From contig NZ_LN831039.1 in assembly GCF_001457595.1 (NCBI RefSeq), positions 6,840,001 through 6,872,000 on the forward strand: a stretch of 32,000 nucleotides of DNA. The letters are read 5' to 3'. Source of the stretch: Mycolicibacterium smegmatis (GTDB taxonomy: Bacteria; Actinomycetota; Actinomycetes; Mycobacteriales; Mycobacteriaceae). The notes beneath the pieces are model-generated. The model worked only from the letters and a program-made list of their open reading frames with translations, did no database searches and was not told the origin of the DNA. This document shows positions 24,300-32,000 of the stretch, in pieces; positions within the stretch are counted from its first letter, which is position 1; each line of letters begins with the position of its first letter. Made by a program: the position numbers and the translations under genes.

Positions 24300-25079
24300 G
24301 TGCCACGCGCTTTGGTGACCAACGACGACGGGATCGACTCGGCGGGCCTGCATGCGCTGGCGCTCGCCGCGCGTGAGGCCGGGCTCGAGGTGATCGTGGC
24401 CGCCCCCGCCGAACAGGCCAGCGGTGCCAGCGCTGCGCTCACCGCGGTGCGCCACGAAGGCCGCACCGTCGTCGAGCGCCGCGAGGTTCCCGGACTCGAC
24501 GGCATCGAGGCGTGGGCCGTACACGCACAGCCCGGTCACATCGTCGCGGCGGCGTTGAACGGGTGGTTCACACCGCGCCCGGACCTGGTGTTGTCGGGCA
24601 TCAACCACGGCGCGAACGTCGGTCGCGCCGTCCTGCACTCGGGCACCGTCGGCGCCGCGCTGACCGCCAGGATCAGCGATACCCCCGCGTTGGCGGTGTC
24701 CCTCGACGTCGCTTTGCACCCCACCGGGGAGCGGTACTGGGAATCGGCCGCCGGGCTCCTCGCGCCGGTGCTGGACCTGTTGTTCGAGGCCCGAGAACCC
24801 ACGGTGCTGTCCCTCAATGTCCCGGACGTGCCACCTGATGAGCTGAAGCCGATCCGGCACGCGTGGCTGGCCCGCGGAGGCGCGGTGCAGACCCGCGTCG
24901 ACGAGGTCTCCGACGGCGGTGTGCGCCTGGCCGAAGTGGAGATCTCAGAGGAGTTCGAACCCGGGACCGACAGCGCACTGCTGGCGGCCGGGCACCCGAC
25001 GCTCACCGAATTGCGCTCGATCGAGGCGCACGACGGTGAGCTGGTGCCGAACTGGCTGGCCGACAAGGTCGGCGGGTGA
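24300..25079 (+). CDS. surE: 5'-nucleotidase SurE
   Basis: VPRALVTNDDGIDSAGLHAL, APAEQASGASAA, VLSGINHGANVGRAVLHSGTVGAALTA are SurE hallmarks. Purine-rich RBS (GAGGAG) upstream of GTG at 24300. Confidence 0.93.
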   Translation: MPRALVTNDDGIDSAGLHALALAAREAGLEVIVAAPAEQASGASAALTAVRHEGRTVVERREVPGLDGIEAWAVHAQPGHIVAAALNGWFTPRPDLVLSGINHGANVGRAVLHSGTVGAALTARISDTPALAVSLDVALHPTGERYWESAAGLLAPVLDLLFEAREPTVLSLNVPDVPPDELKPIRHAWLARGGAVQTRVDEVSDGGVRLAEVEISEEFEPGTDSALLAAGHPTLTELRSIEAHDGELVPNWLADKVGG

Positions 25080-25087
25080 GGACCGGC

Positions 25088-26197
25088 TCAGCGGCGCAGC
25101 GTGGTGACGTGGACGTGGTCGAAGTGGCCGTAGCCCGACGCCTGCGGGCCGGACGGCGTGTAGTACGTGCCGCGCCAGATCACGTCCTGCAGCTTGAAGC
25201 GGCCCGCGTTGCTCAACACGAAATCGCGGATCTCGTTGCCGAGCGCGATGCCCTCGGGGCTGGACGGGTTCGGGATCATCACGTCGATCGCCAGGCCACT
25301 CGGATGCCACGGCTTGGAGTCCGGACGCACACCGCCGATCTCGGCGATCTGCGGGTACCGCATGCTGATGACGCGAGCCACGTACACAGTGGCGGGTTGC
25401 AGCCCGGTCTCGTTCGCGACACCGACCGGCAGCGCCTCGGGGATGTCGCCTGGGATCGCCAGGAGGTTGCGGGCGGCCGGATCCTCGCCGGGAGCGGGCC
25501 CGGGCATCGCGACGATCGCGGGGTCCACCGGCGCACTCGGCGGCGGGGTGTTGTCGACGACCGCCTGCTGCTGAGGTGTCAGGGCCGCGTACTGCGCCTC
25601 GGCGGCCGAGATCTGACTGAGCAGGTCCTTCCACTTGGCCTGCAGGTCTGCGCGCACGGCGTCGGCCTGCTCGGCCTTGGCGCGGGCGTCGGCAGCCGAC
25701 TTCTCGGACGCCGCGGCCGCGGCGAGCGCGCGGTCACGGGCTTCTTGGTAGCCCTTCATCTGAGCGGCGATCTCCGCGGCGACCGTGCGCTCCAGCGCGA
25801 GTTGGTCGATCAGCTGCTGGGGTGAGGTGGCCGTCAGTACAGCGGCCATCTGGCCGGTGCGTCCGCTCATGTAGGTCATCGCCGCCAGCCGGTCGGCAGC
25901 AGCCTGATGGGGCGCGAGCTGACTGGTGGCCTCGGCCAGGGCTTCCTGGTCGACGCGGTGGCGCTCCTCGGCGGCGGCCTGCTCGGCCTGCCTGGCGTCG
26001 GCATCGCGTTGGGCGGCGGTGACGGCCTCGCGCGCCTTGATGGCCTGCTGGGACAGCTCCTGCACTTTTGCGATCGCGTCCGCTGCCGGGTCTGCCTGCA
26101 CGGCCCCGATCGTGAACGTCAGAACCAGGAAGGTGGCGACAAAACCGCACGCCGCTCGCCGAAGTGAACGGCGCACCCCGGTCATACGGATTGTCAC
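25088..26197 (-). CDS. Exported coiled-coil (RipA-like N-terminus) protein with C-terminal ARB_07466/peptidase-like domain
   Basis: 369 aa. Signal peptide, long Ala/Gln-rich coiled coil (AKVQELSQQAIKAREAVTAAQRDAD...), then HPSGLAIDVMIPNPSSPEGIALGNEIRDFVLSNAGRFKLQDVIWRGTYY...GHFDHVHVTT. Confidence 0.78.
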   Translation of the reverse strand: MTIRMTGVRRSLRRAACGFVATFLVLTFTIGAVQADPAADAIAKVQELSQQAIKAREAVTAAQRDADARQAEQAAAEERHRVDQEALAEATSQLAPHQAAADRLAAMTYMSGRTGQMAAVLTATSPQQLIDQLALERTVAAEIAAQMKGYQEARDRALAAAAASEKSAADARAKAEQADAVRADLQAKWKDLLSQISAAEAQYAALTPQQQAVVDNTPPPSAPVDPAIVAMPGPAPGEDPAARNLLAIPGDIPEALPVGVANETGLQPATVYVARVISMRYPQIAEIGGVRPDSKPWHPSGLAIDVMIPNPSSPEGIALGNEIRDFVLSNAGRFKLQDVIWRGTYYTPSGPQASGYGHFDHVHVTTLRR

Positions 26198-26332
26198 GAT
26201 CCTTTACTGCAGGGGCCCATTGCTCGGCCCGGCTGTACATGCCCCGGACAGGCTACGAAGTGGCTTGACGGATGTCCACTCGTCCCTCCCGCAGGATGGT
26301 GGACTTTCCTGGCGCTCTTGACGATCGGCAAA

Positions 26333-26348
26333 CGTGATACGCGTCACA
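26333..26348. promoter_or_regulatory. CRP-like site upstream of the beta-lactamase-like lipoprotein
   Basis: CGTGA-TACGCG-TCACA matches TGTGA-N6-TCACA at 9 of 10 positions. Confidence 0.4.
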
Positions 26349-26484
26349 GTCACTCAGGCGTGGTGGATCGGTCACCCCGACGGCTCCGGATCGTCCGCGA
26401 TTGCGCGGGCCGCTTAGGCTGGAAAAGCGCTGGGTACAGCGTTGACCTCGCTCTCCTGGTTCAGGATCCGATCGGAGGAGACCT

Positions 26485-27396
26485 ATGCGTCGGCGACAGC
26501 CGAAATCGGTGATGACAGGGATGGCAGTTGTCGCCTGTGCGGCGCTGCTCGTGAGCGGATGCACGGCGCCGGCCGGGGGTGCGCCGCCTGCCGTCGAGCA
26601 CACCCCCCAGGCAACCGTCGCCCCGCCGGCCGCGCCACCTCCGGTGCAGCCGCCCGCGTCGTTTGCCGGACTCGACGCGCGCATGCAGCAGGCCACCGCC
26701 GACGCGGCGGCATCGGGTGCGACGATCGAGGCCGTCGTGCTGGACCGCAACACCGGCGAGGTCGTGTCCAACGGCTCCAACAAGCCGTTCCCGATCGCGT
26801 CGGTGGTCAAGCTGTTCATCGCCGACGACCTGCTCCTGCAGGAATCCGAGGGCAAGACGGAGCTGTCCCCCGCCGACCGCAAGTCTCTCGACGTCATGCT
26901 GCGCTCCTCGGACGACAGTGCCGCACAGATGTTTTGGGACCGTCTGGGCGGGAACGCCGTGATCTCCCGCATCAAGGCCCGTTACGGCCTGCCCGGCACC
27001 ATCGCGCCCTACAACGGCCACTGGGACGTCACCCAGAGCACTGCCGCCGATCTGGTCCACTACTACGACATGTTGCTCAACGGTGGCGGCGGCCTGCCCC
27101 GCGAGCAGGCCGACGTCATCGTCGACAACCTCGCGCACTTCACACCGTCGGGAACCGACGGCTATCCGCAGCGCTTCGGCATCCCCGACGGCCTCTCGGG
27201 TGAGGCCGTCGCGGTCAAGCAGGGCTGGTTCTGCTGCTGGAACCGAGCCAACCAGTTGCACGTGTCCACCGGCATCATCGGACCCGACCACCGCTACCTG
27301 ATGGCCATCAGTTCCCTGGACCCGACCAGTGCGGGCGCGGCGCGCGAGAACATCACCGAGGCCGTGCGAACGATGTTCCCGGGCGGGAAGATCTGA
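26485..27396 (+). CDS. Beta-lactamase-like serine hydrolase lipoprotein (LppW-like)
   Basis: 303 aa. Lipobox AALLVSGCTAP, then PIASVVKLFIADDLLLQ (SxxK as SVVK) and SSDDSAAQMFWDRLGG. Penicillin-binding/class A-like fold features. Confidence 0.8.
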   Translation: MRRRQPKSVMTGMAVVACAALLVSGCTAPAGGAPPAVEHTPQATVAPPAAPPPVQPPASFAGLDARMQQATADAAASGATIEAVVLDRNTGEVVSNGSNKPFPIASVVKLFIADDLLLQESEGKTELSPADRKSLDVMLRSSDDSAAQMFWDRLGGNAVISRIKARYGLPGTIAPYNGHWDVTQSTAADLVHYYDMLLNGGGGLPREQADVIVDNLAHFTPSGTDGYPQRFGIPDGLSGEAVAVKQGWFCCWNRANQLHVSTGIIGPDHRYLMAISSLDPTSAGAARENITEAVRTMFPGGKI

Positions 27397-27403
27397 CGCC
27401 GGA

Positions 27404-28138
27404 TCAGATCTGGATCTGACCGCCGTCGACGACCAGTTCGGCCCCGGTCATGAAACTGCTCTGGTTCGACGCGAGAAACAGTACGGCGGTGGCGATTTCG
27501 TCGGGATCACCCAGGCGCTTCATGGGCACTTGGGCAGCCCAACCGTCAAGTTCCCGTTGCCCGTCCGGCGCGAGACCTTCGAGTCCCGGGGTGCGGATCG
27601 GGCCGGGAATGACGGTGTTGACCCGGATGTTGCGGTCGACCAGTTCGGCGGCCCAGGTACGGCCCAGGGATCGGATCGCGGCTTTCGACGCTGCGTAGAG
27701 CCCGAACGCGGGAGTTCCCTTGGCGGGTGCGGTGGAACCGGTCAGAATGATCGACGCGCCGTCGTTGAGCAGCGGCAGAATTTTCTGCACGGTGAACACC
27801 GTGCCGCCCACATTCCGGTCGATGTTGTCGCGGTAGTGCTGCGGTGTCACCTCGGCGAGCGTGGCGTAGTCACCACCGCCGGCATTGGCGAACACCACGT
27901 CGAGTCCCTTGCCGTATTCGGCGATTTCTGCTGCGAGAGCGTCGAGTTCGTCAGGATTGCTGACGTCGCTCTGTACGCCGTGCGCCCCGATCGAAGCGGC
28001 GGCCTTCTCAGCGCGCGTGCGGTCACGTCCGGTGATGAAGACATATGCGCCTTCTTGCACCAACCGTTTGGCCGCCGCGTGCCCGATGCCCGAGGTGCCA
28101 CCCGTGACCAGTGCCGTCTTGCCGTCGAGTTGTCCCAT
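27404..28138 (-). CDS. SDR family NAD(P)-dependent oxidoreductase
   Basis: 244 aa. ALVTGGTSGIGHAAAKRL, DVVFANAGGG, IILTGSTAPAKGTPAFGLYAASKAAIRSLGRTWA (YxxxK). Confidence 0.94.
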   Translation of the reverse strand: MGQLDGKTALVTGGTSGIGHAAAKRLVQEGAYVFITGRDRTRAEKAAASIGAHGVQSDVSNPDELDALAAEIAEYGKGLDVVFANAGGGDYATLAEVTPQHYRDNIDRNVGGTVFTVQKILPLLNDGASIILTGSTAPAKGTPAFGLYAASKAAIRSLGRTWAAELVDRNIRVNTVIPGPIRTPGLEGLAPDGQRELDGWAAQVPMKRLGDPDEIATAVLFLASNQSSFMTGAELVVDGGQIQI

Positions 28139-28179
28139 GAGGGTGCCTTCCTGTGGTTCGTACGGTCACCCGCTGCAAC

Positions 28180-28199
28180 ATAGGTGATATGTCACCTAT
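28180..28199. promoter_or_regulatory. 20-bp operator-like dyad upstream of the SDR gene
   Basis: ATAGGTGA-TATG-TCACCTAT, perfect 8-bp arms, 42 bp upstream of the SDR start codon. Confidence 0.7.
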
Positions 28200-28258
28200 T
28201 CCCCGGTGGGCAGGAACTCGTGCCCACCGTGGGTCTTGTGCACGAATCACACTGGAAA

Positions 28259-28279
28259 AGCGTGCAGGGGCCCCACGCT
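28259..28279 (-). terminator. Possible Rho-independent-like terminator of the marR gene
   Basis: On the minus strand AGCGTG-GGGCCCCTG-CACGCT is followed directly by TTTCC. The stem is short and the T-run weak. Confidence 0.35.
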
Positions 28280-28302
28280 CGGCCCTGGTTGGCTGCTACG
28301 TG

Positions 28303-28318
28303 CGGTGATGAGTCACCG
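28303..28318. promoter_or_regulatory. Second GGTGA-N4-TCACC dyad
   Basis: CGGTGA-TGAG-TCACCG, same core and spacing as the 28180-28199 dyad, directly downstream of the marR stop. Confidence 0.45.
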
Positions 28319-28319
28319 A

Positions 28320-28829
28320 TTACCTGGGTTCCGGCGGCAGCGAACTGTTGTGATTGAGGTTGACGTGGATGTGCTCGAGCGCGGCGGTGAACGGGGCGAG
28401 CAGATTCTCGGGCAGCGGGTCGAAGAACAGGCTGCGCACCAGGTCGACATGCCCCGGGGCGGCCTCCTGGATCGCGCGCCACCCGACCGCGGTGAGGACG
28501 ACGATGCTCGTGCGGCCGTCTTCGCGGCTCGGGCATCGCTCGGTGAGGCCGCGTTCCTCCATACGCCGCAACTGATGTGACAACCTGCTGCGCTCCCAGC
28601 CGATCTGCGCGGCCAGATCACTCACCCGCATACCCTTGTCGCCGACATCGCTCAGAGCCACCAGCACGTCGTAGTCCGACAGCGACAACCCCGAATCGGC
28701 CTGCAACTGGCGGTTCATCTCGTAGCTCATCCGCAGTTGCACCCGCATGAACGCGATCCAGGCGCGTTGCTGCTTCGGCGACAGCCATCCCCGTTTCGGT
28801 GATATGTCCCGTTTTTTCGCCGGCGTCAC
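28320..28829 (-). CDS. MarR family transcriptional regulator
   Basis: LSPKQQRAWIAFMRVQLRMSYEMNRQLQADSGLSLSDYDVLVALSDVGDKGMRVSDLAAQIGWERSRLSHQLRRMEERGLTERCPSREDGRTSIVVLTAVG. Start uncertain (GTG 28829 is a candidate); the 606-aa ORF upstream of it is spurious. Confidence 0.85.
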   Translation of the reverse strand: MTPAKKRDISPKRGWLSPKQQRAWIAFMRVQLRMSYEMNRQLQADSGLSLSDYDVLVALSDVGDKGMRVSDLAAQIGWERSRLSHQLRRMEERGLTERCPSREDGRTSIVVLTAVGWRAIQEAAPGHVDLVRSLFFDPLPENLLAPFTAALEHIHVNLNHNSSLPPEPR

Positions 28830-28886
28830 GGTTGTCAGTATGACGGTCTGGCACGGCGGGCATTGAGTTGTCGTATCGTGGCGGCC

Positions 28887-29741
28887 GTGCCTGTGCCACG
28901 CGACAGCGGGGCCGGCCGACCACCGCTGGCCGTGCGGATCGCCGCGGTGTTCGTCGGGGTCACCGCGATCTGGATGCTGCTCGGTGCCGGGGTGGGCGCA
29001 ATCCTCGGCGAGGAGTACAGCCGTCCCGCCCACATCGTGCGGGCCGTCGGCGCGACCGTGCTGACAGTTCCGGCGATCTTCGCTGCCCGCAGGCTTCTCG
29101 ACCGGGCACCGTTCTCCGGGCTGCAACTCACGTCCGTACGTGCCGGGTGGCGGCCGTTTGCGCTCGGCGTGCTGTGCTGGGCCGTGCCTGCCGCTGTGGC
29201 CGGTTCCGTTGTCGTCGCACTCGGATGGGCCGATCTGACGGTGGCCGCCTCGCCGGGCCGCCTGGTCGCGGGAGTCGCGGTGTTGACCGTCCTGGTCTTC
29301 CTGTACGAGGCATTGCCCGAGGAACTGATATTCCGCGGATACTTCTTCGCCAACGTCGCCGAACGCTGGTCCTCGACCGTGGCCGTACCGGCCCAGGCGA
29401 CACTGTTCACGCTGTGGGGCCTGGCGATCGGCGCGGCAGAATCGGTCGATCGCGTCGTGCTGTTCTTCACGTTCGCATGCGCCCTCGGAGTTCTGCGCGC
29501 CGTCACAGGAAATCTGTGGAGCAACATCGGTTTCCACTGGGCGTTCCAGATAACCGCGCAGTTCCTGGGTCCGAGTTGGGATGCCATCACCCTCGACGAT
29601 CCGGATCTCGCGTTCGGGGTCGCGATCAGCCTCGTCCCCTTCGCGGTGACGCTCATCGTCGCCGGGGTCATCGCGCGTCGTCGCCGCAGTCACGCGGCGC
29701 GGCTGTCCCGAGTCGGACACGGTGTGCCCCAATCGAGTTAG
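28887..29741 (+). CDS. CPBP family intramembrane glutamic endopeptidase (Abi-like)
   Basis: Multi-TM protein with LPEELIFRGYFFANVAERW (EExxxR) and NLWSNIGFHWAFQ. Start among GTG codons at 28878, 28887 or 28893. Confidence 0.82.
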   Translation: MPVPRDSGAGRPPLAVRIAAVFVGVTAIWMLLGAGVGAILGEEYSRPAHIVRAVGATVLTVPAIFAARRLLDRAPFSGLQLTSVRAGWRPFALGVLCWAVPAAVAGSVVVALGWADLTVAASPGRLVAGVAVLTVLVFLYEALPEELIFRGYFFANVAERWSSTVAVPAQATLFTLWGLAIGAAESVDRVVLFFTFACALGVLRAVTGNLWSNIGFHWAFQITAQFLGPSWDAITLDDPDLAFGVAISLVPFAVTLIVAGVIARRRRSHAARLSRVGHGVPQSS

Positions 29742-29846
29742 CTGAGCGCTGTTCACCTCACGCACTACCGGGAAAGCGTTTACCGAGGGCCTCGATCGTG
29801 GGTAGTCTGAGCTGGTTGTGATCCACGCCACTACTGGGGGTAGGCC

Positions 29847-31529
29847 GTGTACCAGCAGGTTCTCGATCCGGTCGTCAACTCGCTCGCCTGGAGTGCAGCG
29901 GTTGCCGCCATCCCACTCCTTCTGCTGTTCGTACTGCTCGGTGTCTTCAAGATGACGGCCTGGAAGGCATCGCTCATCTCGCTGGCCGTCAGCATCGCGG
30001 TTGCCGTACTCGTCTACGGGATGCCGATAGGACAGTCCCTGTTGGCGGCCTCCGAGGGCGCGGCCTTCGGGTTCTTTCCGATCCTGTGGATCGTGATCAA
30101 CGCGATCTGGGTTTACCAGATGACCGTCGAGACAGGCCATTTCGATGTGCTACGGCGCTCCTTCAGCTCCATCAGCGACGACCAGCGCATCCAGGCCATC
30201 ATCATCACGTTCTCGTTCGGGGCCTTGCTCGAGGCGCTCGCCGGCTTCGGCACACCCGTGGCGGTCACGTCGGTGATGCTGATGGCCCTGGGCTTCCAGC
30301 CCTTGAAGGCTGCCGTGCTGGCGCTGGTCGCCAATACCGCGCCGGTGGCCTTCGGCGCGATGGCCACGCCGATCATCACGCTGGGCAAGGTCACCGAATT
30401 GGATTTCGACACACTCGGTGCGATGGTCGGCCGGCAGACACCGATCCTCGCGGTGTTCGTCCCGCTGGCGCTCGTGGCAATCGTCGACGGGCGCCGCGGC
30501 ATGCGCGCGGTATGGCCTGCGGCAGTGGTCTGTGGCGTGGTGTTCGCCGTCGCACAGTACGCCACATCGAACTTCCTCTCGGTGCCACTGGCCGACGTGG
30601 TGGCTTCGCTGGCATCGGCCGCCGCGGTGGTCGCGCTGGTCCGGGTGTGGCAACCCGCCAACACGTACACCGAAGTCGCCGAGCCTGCCGCGGTCACCAC
30701 GCATACCGGACCGCCGCCGCACGGCCGCAGTGGCGGCACGGGCGGCAGTGCGGACCTTCCCGAGCCAGATCAGAACGTCGAGGACGCCCGCGCCGACGTC
30801 GTCAAGGCGTACGCACCCTACGGGATCATCATCGGCGTCTTCGTGATCTGCCAGATCCCCGCGGTCAAAAGCCTTCTCGATTCGGCGACGTTCGCAGGGA
30901 ATTGGCCGGGTCTCAACGTGGTCGACGTCAACGGCGATCCGTCGTCGATGACGAAATTCACCCTGAACCTGCTGACCACTCCCGGCACGCAGATGCTCTT
31001 CGCGGGTGTGCTCACGATGGTCGCACTCAAACTGTCGGTGTCACGAGCGGCCAGGGCCTACTGGACGACGCTGCACCAATTGCGCTGGGCGATCCTCACC
31101 GTCATGGCGGTGCTCGCACTCGCATTCGTGATGAATCTGTCCGGTCAGACGATCACGCTCGGCACCTTCATGGCCGCCGCGGGCGGGGCGTTCGCATTGC
31201 TGTCGCCCATCCTGGGCTGGCTCGGGGTGGCCGTCACCGGATCGGACACCTCCGCGAACTCACTGTTCGGCGCGCTTCAGGTGACCGCCGCGTACCAGGC
31301 CGGCCTGTCGGATGTTCTGATGGCCGCCTCGAACAGTTCCGGTGGCGTCCTGGGCAAGATGGTCTCGCCGCAGAACCTTGCCATCGCGGCCGCGGCAGTC
31401 GGCCTCAACGGCAGGGAAGGCGACATCTTCCGTCGGGTGGTCCTGTGGAGTCTCGGTTTCCTGGTCCTGCTGTGCGCGTTGACGGCGCTGCAATCCTCAC
31501 CCGTGCTGTCGTGGATGGTGCCGTCCTGA
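29847..31529 (+). CDS. lldP: L-lactate permease (LctP/LldP family)
   Basis: 560 aa. ALLEALAGFGTPVAVTSVMLMALGFQPLKAAVLALVANTAPVAFGAMATPI is the hallmark of lactate permeases. GTG start. Confidence 0.88.
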   Translation: MYQQVLDPVVNSLAWSAAVAAIPLLLLFVLLGVFKMTAWKASLISLAVSIAVAVLVYGMPIGQSLLAASEGAAFGFFPILWIVINAIWVYQMTVETGHFDVLRRSFSSISDDQRIQAIIITFSFGALLEALAGFGTPVAVTSVMLMALGFQPLKAAVLALVANTAPVAFGAMATPIITLGKVTELDFDTLGAMVGRQTPILAVFVPLALVAIVDGRRGMRAVWPAAVVCGVVFAVAQYATSNFLSVPLADVVASLASAAAVVALVRVWQPANTYTEVAEPAAVTTHTGPPPHGRSGGTGGSADLPEPDQNVEDARADVVKAYAPYGIIIGVFVICQIPAVKSLLDSATFAGNWPGLNVVDVNGDPSSMTKFTLNLLTTPGTQMLFAGVLTMVALKLSVSRAARAYWTTLHQLRWAILTVMAVLALAFVMNLSGQTITLGTFMAAAGGAFALLSPILGWLGVAVTGSDTSANSLFGALQVTAAYQAGLSDVLMAASNSSGGVLGKMVSPQNLAIAAAAVGLNGREGDIFRRVVLWSLGFLVLLCALTALQSSPVLSWMVPS

Positions 31530-31656
31530 TCCGGGCTGCTACTTCGGGTATGTGCCGCACCGCTTCTCAACCGCGTCACCGACGTCGAGCAGTCCTGTGT
31601 GGTTCACCGCGGCCTCAGGTAGCCATTCGCCACCCATCGAACCCTCGGATGACCGG

Positions 31657-31998
31657 TCAGGCGATTCCGGTAGGAGCACCGAGCGCAGCGTGCAGTTGGT
31701 TACGTCTGGTGATCCCCAGTTTGGGAAACACCTTGTAGAGATGGGCGGCCACGGTGCGGTGCGACAGGTAGATGCGGTCTGCGATCTCCCGGTTCGTCAT
31801 CCCCGCCGCGGCCATCTGAGCGATCTGCAGTTCCTGCGGGGTGAGGGCGCCGGCATCGGCACCAGAGTGGGTACCCGGTCGAGGCGCCGAGGTGACCCCG
31901 GCGGCCCGCAGTTCGGCAGCCGCGCGCTCGGCAAAAGGTACCGCGCCCGCTCTGTCGAAGGCGGTCAAAGCGGCCGAAAGGTGCACGCGTGCGTCCAC
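31657..31998 (-). CDS. LuxR family regulator, C-terminal part (gene runs off the right edge)
   Basis: LTPQELQIAQMAAAGMTNREIADRIYLSHRTVAAHLYKVFPKLGITRRNQLHAAL is a LuxR-type HTH. The N-terminal region lies beyond the window. Confidence 0.85.
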   Translation of the reverse strand: MDARVHLSAALTAFDRAGAVPFAERAAAELRAAGVTSAPRPGTHSGADAGALTPQELQIAQMAAAGMTNREIADRIYLSHRTVAAHLYKVFPKLGITRRNQLHAALGAPTGIA

Positions 31999-32000
31999 GA

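Noticed and set aside
28320-29741. CPBP/Abi-like protease next to MarR as a phage-defence or bacteriocin-immunity module
   Set aside because: CPBP proteins are common housekeeping or accessory membrane proteases. No toxin, bacteriocin precursor or defence partner is adjacent and the genes are divergent.
28830-30140. N-terminal ~430 residues of the 606-aa minus-strand ORF
   Set aside because: Only the C-terminal part (28320 to about 28829) is MarR-like. The rest is antisense to the CPBP protease and lactate permease starts.
30086-31738. 550-aa plus-strand ORF overlapping the lactate permease in another frame
   Set aside because: Arg/Gly/His-rich shadow of a clear multi-TM permease frame.
1-32000. 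CRISPR array, tRNA/rRNA genes, prophage, integrase or transposase
   Set aside because: No regularly spaced repeats, no tRNA-like TTCGA/cloverleaf context, no rRNA conserved segments and no ORF resembling integrase, transposase or phage structural proteins were seen. This is a reading by eye; tRNAscan-SE, Infernal and ISfinder would be decisive.

Overview
This 32 kb, GC-rich window looks actinobacterial and most likely mycobacterial. That lineage call rests on gene content (SigJ-type ECF factor, Tat-exported DUF1906 protein, LppW-like lipoprotein, RipA-like coiled-coil exported protein), not on a database match. From left to right it contains: (1) a six-gene minus-strand sugar-import operon (binding protein, permease, ATPase, PfkB kinase, P-loop kinase, LacI regulator) with tandem LacI-type operators upstream; (2) a serine hydrolase lipoprotein; (3) a minus-strand TetR plus short UvrA-like ABC protein pair; (4) a divergent, translationally coupled operon of an AveC-family membrane protein, a MoxR/NorQ-like AAA+ ATPase and a NorD-like vWA protein; (5) an MpaB/DUF2236 oxygenase-like gene; (6) an apparently deleted and frameshifted MHS-type MFS transporter, an amidohydrolase and a divergent MarR regulator; (7) a DUF1906 protein; (8) a molybdopterin oxidoreductase; (9) an NDH-2-like flavoprotein plus SigJ pair; (10) a PfkB kinase and SurE; (11) cell-wall and beta-lactamase-like secreted proteins; (12) an SDR/MarR module; (13) a CPBP protease, a lactate permease and the C-terminus of a LuxR regulator. 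No tRNA, rRNA, CRISPR array or intact mobile element was recognised. The best candidate for an under-described system is the AveC-like + MoxR + vWA operon, divergent from TetR + UvrA-like. Several strong intergenic dyads are also reported, including an 18-bp perfect palindrome, a 26-bp dyad, a 20-bp dyad, a structured 83-bp element and CRP-like sites. Product names are judged by eye from translated sequence and were not checked against any database.
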